Notes: generated from the sequence alone by a model not told the origin. A DNA stretch of 64,000 nt from Candidatus Bathyarchaeia archaeon (GCA_049512075.1 JBEKXL010000002.1:165930-229929), one strand, 5' to 3'. Shown: positions 32,204-42,852, counted from the first letter of the stretch. Program-made: numbers and translations.

Positions 32204-32335
32204 CTCGGCGCACATGGCTCTTGGATGACTGCGTGCCTTTTGATTCGACAGTCGTTGCCTGCAGGGCATGAATCAACTCGGTGGCGCCTTAAAAGAGGGA
32301 ATTTAGGAACACGCTAGCGCGCCAAAAGTTACCCA

Positions 32336-33508
32336 TCAACAATGCGCGTGCAAGGCTGCAACTCGAGCGCGTGCGTTAATTTTACGAACCTTGGTTTTAC
32401 GTTTCATCCGTTTCGCCAGCAAAAAAGGGAGAACTAGAGTGACCCCCAGCGCGGTTAGTACTATTGGCAGAAAGCGTCGGGCAAGCATTGTCAAGTCTTG
32501 GCTTTCGAATGCGAAGTGCTCGACAGTGCTGGTATTGATGCTTGAAAAATCCCATAACACTTTTCCAGAAGCCAACGTGTTGTTGTTGTAGTAAAAGATG
32601 AGTTCGTAGGGGTTTTGCAGAGGATGCTCATAATATTGTGCATCTACGCCGGGATAGGTTGCACCTCCCCACATTAAGTCGTGGTCAAGGTAGGAGTGGT
32701 CGCCTTGAAGTGACCAGGCTTTATCCACTAGTGCCCAGCCTGTTTGTCTAAGCATCTTGGGTTCTTTCAAGTCGACATGCCAATGAGAATCGGTTATGGG
32801 CTGATTGCTTATAATACCGAACTGAAAGTAGTTGATGTATCGGCTGAACGGAAATGGATCGATGACCACGTTTCCAGCGTAGAACTTCGTTATTATGTTC
32901 TGGCAGTTGGGCATGTTGGTCACGTTCACTGCGGTGAGTGTGCCCGTTCTTCCAGAAAAGGAGAGTGAATAGTCCACGAAGCCGTCGCTGTCCCAGCTCT
33001 GGAGCAGAGTGATCGGCGTTGATGCGTCGATTCCTGAGATTTGCCAAGTGTAGCTGTAGACGAGAGAGGACATGGGGTTTTGAAGTGGAAGCGTCCCTTC
33101 CTCTGTTTGATGAAGCCCCAAATCTACGAAGAGCCTGCCTGAGGCGTCAAGCACGAGCATCATGTAAAAACCATAATCCACGTTTCGAAACACATGATCT
33201 TGACCTTGGACGAACATCCCGCCACCGAGCCAACAGCCAGGTGGGAAAAGCTCTGGCTGGGTTGAGGGGAAGCTGACGGCTACCTCGGTGGCATTAACGT
33301 TTTCCCGAAGACTCAGGTCATCAGCTATCACTTGAAAACCCGCAGCATAAGGTAGATTGGAATTAAGCGCGGCTACGTGGTGTTCGGAAGTGGGCGTTAT
33401 TTGGAACGAATTGGAGTCCTTTGCTGGGGAAATAGGCAACGCGCATAAAATGAGAAGCAAGAAGGGCAGAGTGAAGCTGCACAGTTTCAGCAACGTGACC
33501 ACTGACAC
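32336..33508 (-). CDS. Secreted, membrane-anchored hypothetical protein
   Basis: N-terminal signal peptide, C-terminal TM and basic tail. Confidence 0.65.
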   Translation of the reverse strand: MSVVTLLKLCSFTLPFLLLILCALPISPAKDSNSFQITPTSEHHVAALNSNLPYAAGFQVIADDLSLRENVNATEVAVSFPSTQPELFPPGCWLGGGMFVQGQDHVFRNVDYGFYMMLVLDASGRLFVDLGLHQTEEGTLPLQNPMSSLVYSYTWQISGIDASTPITLLQSWDSDGFVDYSLSFSGRTGTLTAVNVTNMPNCQNIITKFYAGNVVIDPFPFSRYINYFQFGIISNQPITDSHWHVDLKEPKMLRQTGWALVDKAWSLQGDHSYLDHDLMWGGATYPGVDAQYYEHPLQNPYELIFYYNNNTLASGKVLWDFSSINTSTVEHFAFESQDLTMLARRFLPIVLTALGVTLVLPFLLAKRMKRKTKVRKINARARVAALHAHC

Positions 33509-33577
33509 GGAGAATTCAGAGTCGCTTTCTATAAGACTTGCGCAAGTCTTAACTTCAACTGGAACTGACTTGTTTCC

Positions 33578-34069
33578 ATGATTCCACGGCGTCTGAGACG
33601 CGGCAAACCTATGTCATATAGGATAGTCAACGACGGGTTTCATGGAGACAGGCTTGATTCTGAAAGAAGAATTGTGTACGTGACAGTTGCGGGAATGATG
33701 ATGGTGGTGGCGACGTTGGGTTCACTAGTTGTCTTCATTCTTTCAGTGGTAGCCCTGCTTGGCGTGTATGGATGGTATCCTTCATTCGTTGCTCAGCAAT
33801 GGTTTATTTACGATGAGTTTTTCGCAGTTTTTTCCTTCTTTGGAATGGTGTTTGGAGCTTTCGCAACTTCGTTTTTGCTCTCCAAGAAAAGCTGTTGGGG
33901 AGTGGTGGCGTCTGGGACAGCTTGCACCGTTTCAGGCGCGGGTGTTTTTGTCGTGTCGTTGATCCAGCCTTTGGCACTTTTATGGCAGGCTATAACCTAT
34001 TATTTTCTACCACTATTCATGGCTCCATTGATTGGAACTCTCATAATCTATGTGAGAAAAAATGAATAG
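33578..34069 (+). CDS. Small multi-pass membrane protein
   Basis: About four hydrophobic segments; start may be ATG 33611. Confidence 0.6.
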   Translation: MIPRRLRRGKPMSYRIVNDGFHGDRLDSERRIVYVTVAGMMMVVATLGSLVVFILSVVALLGVYGWYPSFVAQQWFIYDEFFAVFSFFGMVFGAFATSFLLSKKSCWGVVASGTACTVSGAGVFVVSLIQPLALLWQAITYYFLPLFMAPLIGTLIIYVRKNE

Positions 34070-34567
34070 AACAGAATTTGAACAGGGTTAGTGTGCCTAA
34101 TCCAAGTGTCCTGCGGCTTCGAATCTATCAAATCGCAGCGTGCCTCTGCGTTTAGCGCGCATGCTTGTTCCTAAATTGGTGTAAAATGGTTTTTATTCTT
34201 CTTTTGGGACTTGGGTTGCTCTGCCTTGTCCCTTTATTAGGTGTTGAAGTATGGTGGTGAGACACTTCATTCACACTCACTCCGTGTGCGTGTGCGTTGT
34301 ATATGGGTAGGTAGGTATGGGTAGGTAGGTGTAGGAGTAGGAGTTGGTAGTGGCAGTGACTGAGTTTGAGTGATTGAGTGATTTGTAGAGTGAGTGACCG
34401 TGGCAGTGGTTGGCAGAGAAATTGGTTGGTTGGATAAGACTTTACCCCAAAACCCAAAACCCCAACACATACGCTTAGGTGCTCACACTAGGACCTGTTC
34501 TGATGTCATTTTACTTCTTTCTGAGGAGGCTTATAGATTAAATAGTTCTGGAGTGTTTTAGATTCTG

Positions 34568-35641
34568 GTGTTTTGTTTGGATTCGAGAATTCAGCATTTC
34601 GTTGGGGTTAGTAAGCAGGTAATCTCGGATTGTGCATTGGAAAATGGTGCTATCGTTGCGGCGAATTGCTTCAAGGAATACTTCCCAAAAGAAGCCAAGG
34701 ATTACATGTATGTGTGGCCCAGAGATGCATCTTTTACATGCGTAAGCGCCGATATTCTGCAAATTGAGAACATGCAGGAACGTTTTTTTGATTGGTGCGT
34801 TAACCGGGCAGAAGGTTTCGGGGATGGGGGGTGTCTCTGCCAGAACTATTCTGTTAACGGTCCTAAAGCCTCAGCGAATTTTCAACCTGATCAGACTGGT
34901 TCTCTCTTGTGGGCAATCTGGCACCATTTTAAAGGAAAACCGAGAAGAGCGTTGAAATACGAGAGGCTTGTCAGGCAGGCGGCTGATGGCTTGTGCAACA
35001 GGTGGAAAGAGGACCACTTCGACGATGTCACGAATGATTTGTGGGAGGAGAGGTTCACTTTCCCCGATTTGGAGGACAATTTTACATATTCCCTTGCAGC
35101 CTGCGTCAAAGGTCTGAGGTGTGCAAATGAAGTTTTTCCAAACAAGAAATGGGTGGACGTTGCTGAGAGGATGTTTCAGAGGCTGGAAGAACACTGTAGA
35201 GGCTTCTTTATCAGAAGCTACGGAAGACTGAGCGATGAAAGAATTGACGGTTCAGCACTTGGGCTTGTCTATCCGTTTGACCTTTTTCGGGCCGATGATC
35301 CGCGAATATCGGCCACGGTGGAGCAAATCGAAAAGAAGCTGGTTATCAGCGGTGGAGTGCACAGGTACGAGAGCGATGAATACGACGGGTGGATGCGTGG
35401 AGGCCTGCAGCGAAAGAAAGGGGCGGGCGCTTGGCCTATCCTCAACTTTTGGATGAGCATATACTACGCGAAAATTGGTGACAAAGAAAAGGCTCTTCAA
35501 TATTACAACTGGCCGCTGGAAAGAGTTCAGGAATTCCTGCCTGAACAGATATTTGAGAACAATCTTCAAGTTTCTGTGAAACCGCTATGCTGGAGTCATG
35601 CGATGCACATCATCGCTTCGAAAGAGCTCGGTTTCATATAG
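34568..35641 (+). CDS. GH15 glucoamylase-like glycoside hydrolase
   Basis: YVWPRD, QPDQ, DLWEE, HRYESDEY, LPEQ, PLCWSHA. Confidence 0.9.
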   Translation: MFCLDSRIQHFVGVSKQVISDCALENGAIVAANCFKEYFPKEAKDYMYVWPRDASFTCVSADILQIENMQERFFDWCVNRAEGFGDGGCLCQNYSVNGPKASANFQPDQTGSLLWAIWHHFKGKPRRALKYERLVRQAADGLCNRWKEDHFDDVTNDLWEERFTFPDLEDNFTYSLAACVKGLRCANEVFPNKKWVDVAERMFQRLEEHCRGFFIRSYGRLSDERIDGSALGLVYPFDLFRADDPRISATVEQIEKKLVISGGVHRYESDEYDGWMRGGLQRKKGAGAWPILNFWMSIYYAKIGDKEKALQYYNWPLERVQEFLPEQIFENNLQVSVKPLCWSHAMHIIASKELGFI

Positions 35642-35737
35642 CGGCTTCGCCCAGGATTGAAGGAAGATCAAATCACCGAAACCGCAAAGCTTAAGCGAAT
35701 TCTTCACGTTTTGTCCTACTCGGCTTGGTGTTGAAGA

Positions 35738-37270
35738 TTGGTTGACCTGCTTTTTATTTTCAAAGTCCATCAACCTTACCGGCTTAGGGAGAATTTTTTC
35801 TGGGAAAGAAACATGTTCAGAAAAAAAACCAGGGAGGAACTGTTTGACTTCTATTTCGACAACTCAAAGAACAAGGAGATTTTCGACCGTGCGGCCAAGA
35901 AATGTTATTTTCCAGCAAACGGCATTCTGCTTGACCTAATCGACAGGTTCAAGAAAGAAAGAAAGAAAGTTAAAGTCTCATTCAGCATTTCAGGCGTCTT
36001 TCTTGAGCAATGCGAAAGTTTCAACCCTGACCTCTTGGAATCGTTTAAACAGTTAAGTGACACGGGTTGCGTCGAATTTCTAGACCAGCCCCACTATCAT
36101 TCCCTAGCGGGGTTGTATCCGGTGAGAGACGAATTCATAGAACAAGTCCGGATGCACCGCCAACTGATGAAAGACTTGTTTCACTCTGAACCCGTCGCCT
36201 TTGAGAATACGGAATTGATTTACAACAATGCCATCGCAAAAGTCGTGGACAAAATGGGGTTCAGCGTCATGTTTACGGAGGGAGTCGACAGGATCTTGAA
36301 GGGGAGGTCGCCGAATTATGTTTACAGGGCTAAAGGCTGCGAGAGACTCAAGGTTCTTCTCAGAAACTTCAAATTGACCGATGATATTGCGTTCCGGTTT
36401 TCCGTAAGATCGTGGAGTGACTGGCCGCTCACAGCCGATAAATACGCAGGCTGGTTGGCAGCGACTCAGGGGCAATGCGTCACAATCTTTCCAGATTATG
36501 AAACTTTTGGAGAACACCATTGGCCCGAGACCGGCATACACGAATTTCTCAAAAATCTACCCTTGGAAATTTTCAAGCATGAACACCTCTTCATGTCAAC
36601 TCCCTCTGAAGTGTTGAGTAAACACAAGGGCGAGGGAGAAATTGACGTTGGTGAACTCGGCGGAACCATCTCCTGGGCTGACATTAACAGGGACACGAGC
36701 GGCTGGCTGGGAAACACTATGCAATGGGCCTATTACACGACAAGCAAGGAGCTTGAACCCCTGGCTAAAGAATCAGATGACAGTGAACTCCTTAGGCTGT
36801 GGCGGTATCTTCTGACGAGCGACCACTTGTATTACATGTTCTCCGCGGGAGGAGCATCTGGCGAAGTGCACACGTACTTCAGTCCCTACAAATCGGCGAC
36901 AGACGCCTTCGTGAATGCGCAAGGAGTTCTGCTCGACTTCGAATCAAAACTGCGGGACTTTGTGTGCGCCGCGAACGAGCCATTCCTGTTTTATAAAGGC
37001 TCAGGAGAAGAGAATTTCACAGGGATCAAGGCGTGGAGCCTTGTCGGCTTTCTCCATGCAATTCAAAGAATCGACACAACGCTCATCGAATTTCACAACA
37101 GGAAAGGAGATATCGAAAAGTGGGCAACCCTGTCACTGCGCGACGAAGAACTGGGAAGACGACTGGAGCGAATTCGAACCTCGAAGGTTCAAGGTGAAGA
37201 ACTTCGGAGAAAGTTGATAACTGCGGTGCAAACACGATTGAACGAGTTCAAGAAGCCTGTTCTTCAATGA
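35738..37270 (+). CDS. GH57 alpha-amylase-like enzyme with C-terminal DUF5752-like domain
   Basis: VHQPYR, FENTELIY, DYETFGEH, TSDHLYYM; tail PFLFY..SL..F..IEFH..GDIEKW. Confidence 0.88.
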   Translation: MVDLLFIFKVHQPYRLRENFFWERNMFRKKTREELFDFYFDNSKNKEIFDRAAKKCYFPANGILLDLIDRFKKERKKVKVSFSISGVFLEQCESFNPDLLESFKQLSDTGCVEFLDQPHYHSLAGLYPVRDEFIEQVRMHRQLMKDLFHSEPVAFENTELIYNNAIAKVVDKMGFSVMFTEGVDRILKGRSPNYVYRAKGCERLKVLLRNFKLTDDIAFRFSVRSWSDWPLTADKYAGWLAATQGQCVTIFPDYETFGEHHWPETGIHEFLKNLPLEIFKHEHLFMSTPSEVLSKHKGEGEIDVGELGGTISWADINRDTSGWLGNTMQWAYYTTSKELEPLAKESDDSELLRLWRYLLTSDHLYYMFSAGGASGEVHTYFSPYKSATDAFVNAQGVLLDFESKLRDFVCAANEPFLFYKGSGEENFTGIKAWSLVGFLHAIQRIDTTLIEFHNRKGDIEKWATLSLRDEELGRRLERIRTSKVQGEELRRKLITAVQTRLNEFKKPVLQ

Positions 37271-37287
37271 GGAACGGAGCTTCAAAC

Positions 37288-38769
37288 TCAGGAAAAAGCA
37301 GACAGCACTTTGACTATACCAAGTTTGGTGAGGTAATACCGCAGCCGCCGGAGATTGTCCCTGAAAGACACGATGTAACCGGAATCCAGAAGTTTCTGAA
37401 GCAGACCATGCAGCGTTCTGACATCTATCCCCATCATGTCCGATAACTCTGCTGGTCGCTTGGCATTTTCGTCGTCGAGGGCCCCAAGAATATGCATCAA
37501 AACAAGAATTCTCATTTCCGCAGGATACTCTTCGAACACGAACAAGGGAAATTTTATGCGAATCGCTTCGGGCCTGGACGTCGCCACCAATGCACTGTTA
37601 TAGACTTTCATCGTTCTTTCAGCGATTGCGTTCCAATCATACTCTCTGAGAACTTTCTGGTACCCGTTTTCACGAATCCTTTTTGCAACATCAGGGTTTT
37701 TTAGCACTCTCAGGATTCCCCAGGCCAACGAATCCGAGTTGTCCACGGAGACCTTAATGCCCGTCTTTTCATGTTCCACTATTTCGGCTAGCCCTCCTGT
37801 GTCCGTCACGATGACCGGCGTCTTCGCTGCCATGGCTTCCAGGACAGTGATACCGAAGGGTTCGTAAAGCGAGGGAAAAACAGCAGCGTCACTCGCTCTG
37901 TAAATCGAAATCAGCATTTTTTCATCAACAAAACCTGCGAAAAAAACGTGATCAGCGACGCCGAAATCCCAAGCTTCCTTCGATAAGTAGTCTTTCATTC
38001 CCCCTTCTCCGACGATTACAAAGTTAACTTTAGGCATTGTCGTCAACACTTTTGGCACTGCGCCGACGAGGACGTGCACTCCCTTCTCATGCACAAGCCG
38101 TCCAATGAAGGACACTATCTTCTCTCCGTTCTTTGCGTACAGCTGCTTAACTGGCATCGTGCTCACTTTGCCGCTGAACTTGGCAGCGTTCACGCCGTTT
38201 GGAATCACGTGAAGTCTGTCACACTGCATGTTAAAGGCAGACGAAACCTGATCAGCCATGTAATTGCTGCAGCAGATTACCTCGGAACTCTGATTGACGA
38301 GGTGTCGTTCCACCTCGTTTATGGTTCTCTGATAATCGTTATGGATTCCGCCCCTTCTTCCCATCTCAGTTGCATGAATCGTCGAAACTAAAGGTTTCGA
38401 AAAAGCGTGTCCGACCTTGACGGCTGCTTCCGTAACTAGCCAGTCATGAGCATGAATGACGTCTATTTCTTCGTCGTTATCGTTGATAACGTCGATGGCC
38501 CTTTCAGCCATGGCCTGATTCATCGAAAAAATCCATCCTAGGAAGCTCGGAGACGGTATCTTCGAGTTGAAACGATGCACCGTCACTCCGTCTAATTGCT
38601 CGTATTCTGGGGCTCCTGGAAAGTCACAGGTGACTACGTGAACCGTCACGTTTCTTCGGGTCAAAGCCATCGAGAGATCATGTACATGCGAGGAGATTCC
38701 ACCTATGATCCTGGGAGGGAATTCCCAGCTGAGCATTAGAACACTGAGACGGGCGGGGGTCATCAACAA
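37288..38769 (-). CDS. GT4 glycosyltransferase fused to a C-terminal wHTH domain
   Basis: WEFPP, HAHDW, GRLVHEKG, EPFGITVLEAM; tail homologous to the wHTHs at 38853 and 60538. Confidence 0.88.
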   Translation of the reverse strand: MLMTPARLSVLMLSWEFPPRIIGGISSHVHDLSMALTRRNVTVHVVTCDFPGAPEYEQLDGVTVHRFNSKIPSPSFLGWIFSMNQAMAERAIDVINDNDEEIDVIHAHDWLVTEAAVKVGHAFSKPLVSTIHATEMGRRGGIHNDYQRTINEVERHLVNQSSEVICCSNYMADQVSSAFNMQCDRLHVIPNGVNAAKFSGKVSTMPVKQLYAKNGEKIVSFIGRLVHEKGVHVLVGAVPKVLTTMPKVNFVIVGEGGMKDYLSKEAWDFGVADHVFFAGFVDEKMLISIYRASDAAVFPSLYEPFGITVLEAMAAKTPVIVTDTGGLAEIVEHEKTGIKVSVDNSDSLAWGILRVLKNPDVAKRIRENGYQKVLREYDWNAIAERTMKVYNSALVATSRPEAIRIKFPLFVFEEYPAEMRILVLMHILGALDDENAKRPAELSDMMGIDVRTLHGLLQKLLDSGYIVSFRDNLRRLRYYLTKLGIVKVLSAFS

Positions 38770-38852
38770 TCACATTGACATGCGCTGACATGTATTAAAG
38801 GTCTCTTGCACAAAAGTTATTTGGTCAGTCACCTTCTTGAAAGAAACAGAGA

Positions 38853-39116
38853 TTGATTAAGTTGAACGAGTATGAGGCTTCCTTGTCAGAGCGGCTTCTA
38901 ATCAGCCTGCACAATCTGTGTGCCACCAGCGGTGAAATGGCGAGGAGAAGCGAGGATTTAGCTCAGATTCTTCAGGCAGATATGAACACGGTCCACCAGA
39001 ACTTGGACAAGCACATTTCCGACGGATACGTGGACGCTTACTATGGCAATGAGGGAAACAGAAGATTCTACCTGACAAGTAGAGGAATAATAAGAGTCTG
39101 TTCGCTTTTCAGCTGA
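38853..39116 (+). CDS. Small winged-helix protein
   Basis: LHNLCATS..ARRSEDL..RFYLTSRG; paralogue at 60538. Confidence 0.75.
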   Translation: MIKLNEYEASLSERLLISLHNLCATSGEMARRSEDLAQILQADMNTVHQNLDKHISDGYVDAYYGNEGNRRFYLTSRGIIRVCSLFS

Positions 39117-39131
39117 GGAAGTGCGCGTTTC

Positions 39132-39755
39132 TTGCGCGTGGTAATCTTCACGTGGGAATTTCCTCCAAGAGTTGTCGGTCAACTTGCGTATTACGTGAAC
39201 AGGCTTGCAGCCGAATTGATAAAGAAAAACGTGGATGTGTACGTTGTCACGTACAACAATTCTTGGACTGGCTTTCATCAAGGCGCAGACGGCATAAAAG
39301 CGTACAGAATCTCGGACAAGGTTCAACCGCAGATAAACGTTCTAACGTGGATGCTCAGCCTGAATCAGGAAGCTGAACGTGTCGCGGCAGACATCTACTA
39401 CTCGATGAAACACGAACTGAATCTCCTCGACGTACACGATTGGCACTTCATTCCCGCCGCGGTGACGCTGAAAAGGGCGCTGAAGATTCCTTTTGTTTTT
39501 TCAGTAGACAGCATCGAGCCTCACAGATCTCGGAACAGTGGCGCACCCCTAAGCTCGTCCATAAGAAGCATGGAGTCTCTGGGAATGTCTGAAGCCGCGG
39601 GGGTTCTAGTCAAATCAGAATGGATGAAGCAGGAATTGAAGGCCTACTACAACACTTCAGATAATAAGGTAGAGGTAGTTTCGCCCGATGCTGAATCATG
39701 GATAGACGGGATACTCGCGACGTATCAGAAGCGATTGGAGGTAACAGTCAGCTGA
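39132..39755 (+). CDS. GT4 N-terminal-domain-only protein
   Basis: WEFPP and HDW present; GRL..EKG and EPFG..E donor-binding domain absent. Confidence 0.8.
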   Translation: MRVVIFTWEFPPRVVGQLAYYVNRLAAELIKKNVDVYVVTYNNSWTGFHQGADGIKAYRISDKVQPQINVLTWMLSLNQEAERVAADIYYSMKHELNLLDVHDWHFIPAAVTLKRALKIPFVFSVDSIEPHRSRNSGAPLSSSIRSMESLGMSEAAGVLVKSEWMKQELKAYYNTSDNKVEVVSPDAESWIDGILATYQKRLEVTVS

Positions 39756-40960
39756 GCAGAGAGCTTCGAGTCGTAATGCTCTCGTGGGAGTTTCCGCCAA
39801 AAACCATAGGCGGAATCTCCCCTCATCTGTTCAATCTGTCGCGAGAACTTGTGAAACTTGGTGTAGATACCCACATCGTAACATGCGACTTTCCTGGAGC
39901 GCCAGAACGCGAGGTAGTGAACGGCGCACACGTATTAAGGGCGGATTCCTACAAAACCCCTTCTCCAGACTTTGCAACCTGGGATTCCTTGATGAATGTC
40001 AACATGCAAAAAGAAACGGCGTCTCTCATAACCAGTCTAAGCCGCCAAGTCGATATCATACACGCCCATGATTGGCTGGTCGCCAACGCAGCTCTGGGCC
40101 TCAAACACGTTTTCCGAATTCCACTGGCCGCCACGATACACTCCACCGAGATCGGCAGGAGGAACGGTCTTCACACAGACTACGAAAGGATGATCCACCA
40201 AACCGAAAACTGGCTTGCTCATGAATCTTGGCGAGTTATATGCTGTAGTCACTACATGTCAGGGCAGGTGAGATGGGCCTACGGTCTTCCACAGGACAGG
40301 GTGACGACTATTCCAAACGGCGTCGATGTCAGTGTGTATGAGAAGGAGTTTGACAGGGCCGAGTTCAGAAAGAGGTTCGCGCTGCCTGAAGAGAAGATCG
40401 TACTCTTTGTCGGCCGCTTAGTCTATGAAAAGGGTGTGCAGACTTTAATGAGCGCTATCCCGAAAATCCTGTCCAGAGTGAATGCGAAATTCGTGGTGGT
40501 GGGTGACGGGGGCATGAGGGATTCTCTGATGCGGCAAGTGGTAAGCATGCGCCTTACGCACAGGATTGTGTTCACAGGTTTTCTCGACGAGGACAGTCTC
40601 AGAAAGCTGTATCAAGTCGCTGATGTCTGCGTCGTGCCCTCTCTGTATGAACCATTCGGCATCACCGCCTTGGAAGCGATGGCCGCAAAGACTCCACTGG
40701 TCGCATCAAACACGGGAGGTCTCTCCGAAATCGTTGAGCACGACAATACAGGAACCAAAGTTTCCCCCGGGAGCGCAGATTCGGTCGCTTGGGGAGTAAC
40801 AAGAGTGCTGCTGGACCCGGGATACGCAAACTGGATCAAGCTCAACGCCTACCAGAAGGCATTACAAGTCTACGATTGGGCCAAGATAGCGAAACAGACA
40901 AAGGAATTTTATGAACAGATACTCAAAGAATACGATGGGGGTTCCTGGAAACCTACATGA
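39752..40960 (+). CDS. GT4 glycosyltransferase (probable CTG start)
   Basis: Full GT-B motifs; N-terminus SRELRVVML aligns with NKELRIMML of the 61414 paralogue. Confidence 0.88.
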   Translation: MSRELRVVMLSWEFPPKTIGGISPHLFNLSRELVKLGVDTHIVTCDFPGAPEREVVNGAHVLRADSYKTPSPDFATWDSLMNVNMQKETASLITSLSRQVDIIHAHDWLVANAALGLKHVFRIPLAATIHSTEIGRRNGLHTDYERMIHQTENWLAHESWRVICCSHYMSGQVRWAYGLPQDRVTTIPNGVDVSVYEKEFDRAEFRKRFALPEEKIVLFVGRLVYEKGVQTLMSAIPKILSRVNAKFVVVGDGGMRDSLMRQVVSMRLTHRIVFTGFLDEDSLRKLYQVADVCVVPSLYEPFGITALEAMAAKTPLVASNTGGLSEIVEHDNTGTKVSPGSADSVAWGVTRVLLDPGYANWIKLNAYQKALQVYDWAKIAKQTKEFYEQILKEYDGGSWKPT

Positions 40961-42170
40961 ATCCGCAAAGCCTTGACACTTCATTGATTTTTTCCCTAGC
41001 TTTGAGGGAGCAGACGACCGATCGATCAAGCCAGTCTTTGCTACCCCACCAGAAATCATCGCTTGCCTCGGCCATGAGCAGCCAACGCCAAGCCTGATCT
41101 AACGCGTCATTCGCCTCTGGCGGACAGTTCACCCTCCCGGCTGCTATCTTTTCTTCCGCTTCACGAAGCAATCCGCTGGCCTCGAGAATGCGCGCCCAGG
41201 TCCTTTGCCTCTCTTCACCTCCTGTCCACTTTAGGAACCTGCCGTCATCAGACGTGTCGGGGACATTCCAGCTTCCATCCTCAACGCTCACGGTGTCTTT
41301 TGGCGGATGCTCAGCGAGATATTCGGTTATAGTTGTCAATTTGATGAATTGGAAGTCAGGATCTTTTTTCAGAAGATAGAGAAGAGGTTCAAAGAACCAT
41401 CCCCAGAACCCCGCGTTCTCTCCGGAGTGGCGGAACCATCCGTTTTCACCGTCCGTAGCTACAGTCAACAAGAACTCTCCATCGTTGTTTGCTTCGATTC
41501 CTCTTTCAATTTCGTGTCTGAGCCAAACGGGGTTGTAGCCGCTTTGTTGAGCGATGCTGATCATTCTGTCTCGGGGGATGACGATTATGCGTTGCCCATC
41601 ATACTCCGCAAAGTGGGGTTTGTACAGGAGCTGATACGAGTTCTCGTTCTTGTTAGCGTTGACGATGTGAGGGCCGTCAACTATCGTCCATTTTACACCG
41701 TTCTTCGCCAGCACGGGAATTACCTTGGGGCTGAACGCGAGTTCTGGAAGCCAGAATCCCTCAGGTCTCGTTCCGAAAGTTCGCTCAAAGAGACTCAGAT
41801 GTTTTTCAACTTGTTTCAGCTGGTCGGCCTCCGGTATGAGCGGGAATATAGGATGAAAATAGCCGCAACCCGTAAACTCTGCTCTCCCGAGCGTGCGCGT
41901 CTCCTTGTATCTGTCCCATAATCCGTTCAACCTTGAATCGAACCCGACGCTTGCGAGCTCGTTCATTTGTTCAATCAAGCTGCCTGTAAAGTTCAGAGTA
42001 ATCCTCGCATTCTCGTCTTTTCTCAGCACTTCTGCGGGATACGTGTAAGGATGAAGAGTCTGGTTAAAAACGTCGCGAGCCATATCCGACTCGTACGTTG
42101 GGCCGTTCAAGTTGTAACGCGGCTGATGCATGTGCAAAACCAAGGCAAAATGTAAAGGTTGCTTTTCCAT
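40953..42170 (-). CDS. GH57 family glycoside hydrolase
   Basis: HMHQP, FHPIFPLI, GFWLPE, ATDGEN, AEASD. Confidence 0.88.
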   Translation of the reverse strand: MEKQPLHFALVLHMHQPRYNLNGPTYESDMARDVFNQTLHPYTYPAEVLRKDENARITLNFTGSLIEQMNELASVGFDSRLNGLWDRYKETRTLGRAEFTGCGYFHPIFPLIPEADQLKQVEKHLSLFERTFGTRPEGFWLPELAFSPKVIPVLAKNGVKWTIVDGPHIVNANKNENSYQLLYKPHFAEYDGQRIIVIPRDRMISIAQQSGYNPVWLRHEIERGIEANNDGEFLLTVATDGENGWFRHSGENAGFWGWFFEPLLYLLKKDPDFQFIKLTTITEYLAEHPPKDTVSVEDGSWNVPDTSDDGRFLKWTGGEERQRTWARILEASGLLREAEEKIAAGRVNCPPEANDALDQAWRWLLMAEASDDFWWGSKDWLDRSVVCSLKAREKINEVSRLCGFM

Positions 42171-42255
42171 TCTACTGGCACCCAAACTCAATTGCGAGTT
42201 GGAAGATAAAGTTATTATGGTAGATGCCCACTATCTGAGGGTCGAGGTGCTTTCT

Positions 42256-42819
42256 GTGTCTGAATTCTCGAAAGATGAGATTGTTGTATTAAAAAAGATT
42301 AACGTGTTAGGGAAAGCAACGCCTGACAGTCTTGCGCGGGGACTGGGTTCACCGTACACGGCTCAGGACCTTTCTGCCTACCTGAAATTGTTGGAACAGA
42401 AAATGCTTCTGAACAAGACGCAAGAAGATCCCTCAGCTTACAAACTGACTCCATTCGGACTTATAGCGATAGGAGTGCTGCCCGAAAGTGCAAAGAAGGT
42501 TTACTCGGCACTGCCTCAGGAAAAATGCTTCCACTTCTACACGGGAGTCGGACCGGACAAGTTCACGAAAATGTCGGCTTGCAGCCTTTCAGATTTCAAG
42601 GAAAAGGCAAACAGGGTTGACCCTAAATCGTTGGAATTTCACGTTCAGAGAGGCGACATTGCAAAATGGTGCAAGGACGTTCTGGGTGATGCAGAGCTGG
42701 CCAAAGAGTTTGAGCGCTTAAGAACATCAAACCTCCACGGTGAAGTGCTCAGGACCAGTATAACAGGGCTGGTAGACGCTCGCATCGAAAAACTGACTTA
42801 CGGCAGAACCCGCATCTGA
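42256..42819 (+). CDS. wHTH + DUF5752-like fusion protein
   Basis: GTG after GAGGTG; wHTH-like N-half (YKLTPFG); C-half FHFYTG..SL..F..SLEFH..GDIAKW matches the GH57 tails. Confidence 0.75.
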   Translation: MSEFSKDEIVVLKKINVLGKATPDSLARGLGSPYTAQDLSAYLKLLEQKMLLNKTQEDPSAYKLTPFGLIAIGVLPESAKKVYSALPQEKCFHFYTGVGPDKFTKMSACSLSDFKEKANRVDPKSLEFHVQRGDIAKWCKDVLGDAELAKEFERLRTSNLHGEVLRTSITGLVDARIEKLTYGRTRI

Positions 42820-42852
42820 TCTTGTAAATCCAGCCATGCCAGTGGCTCGCCA

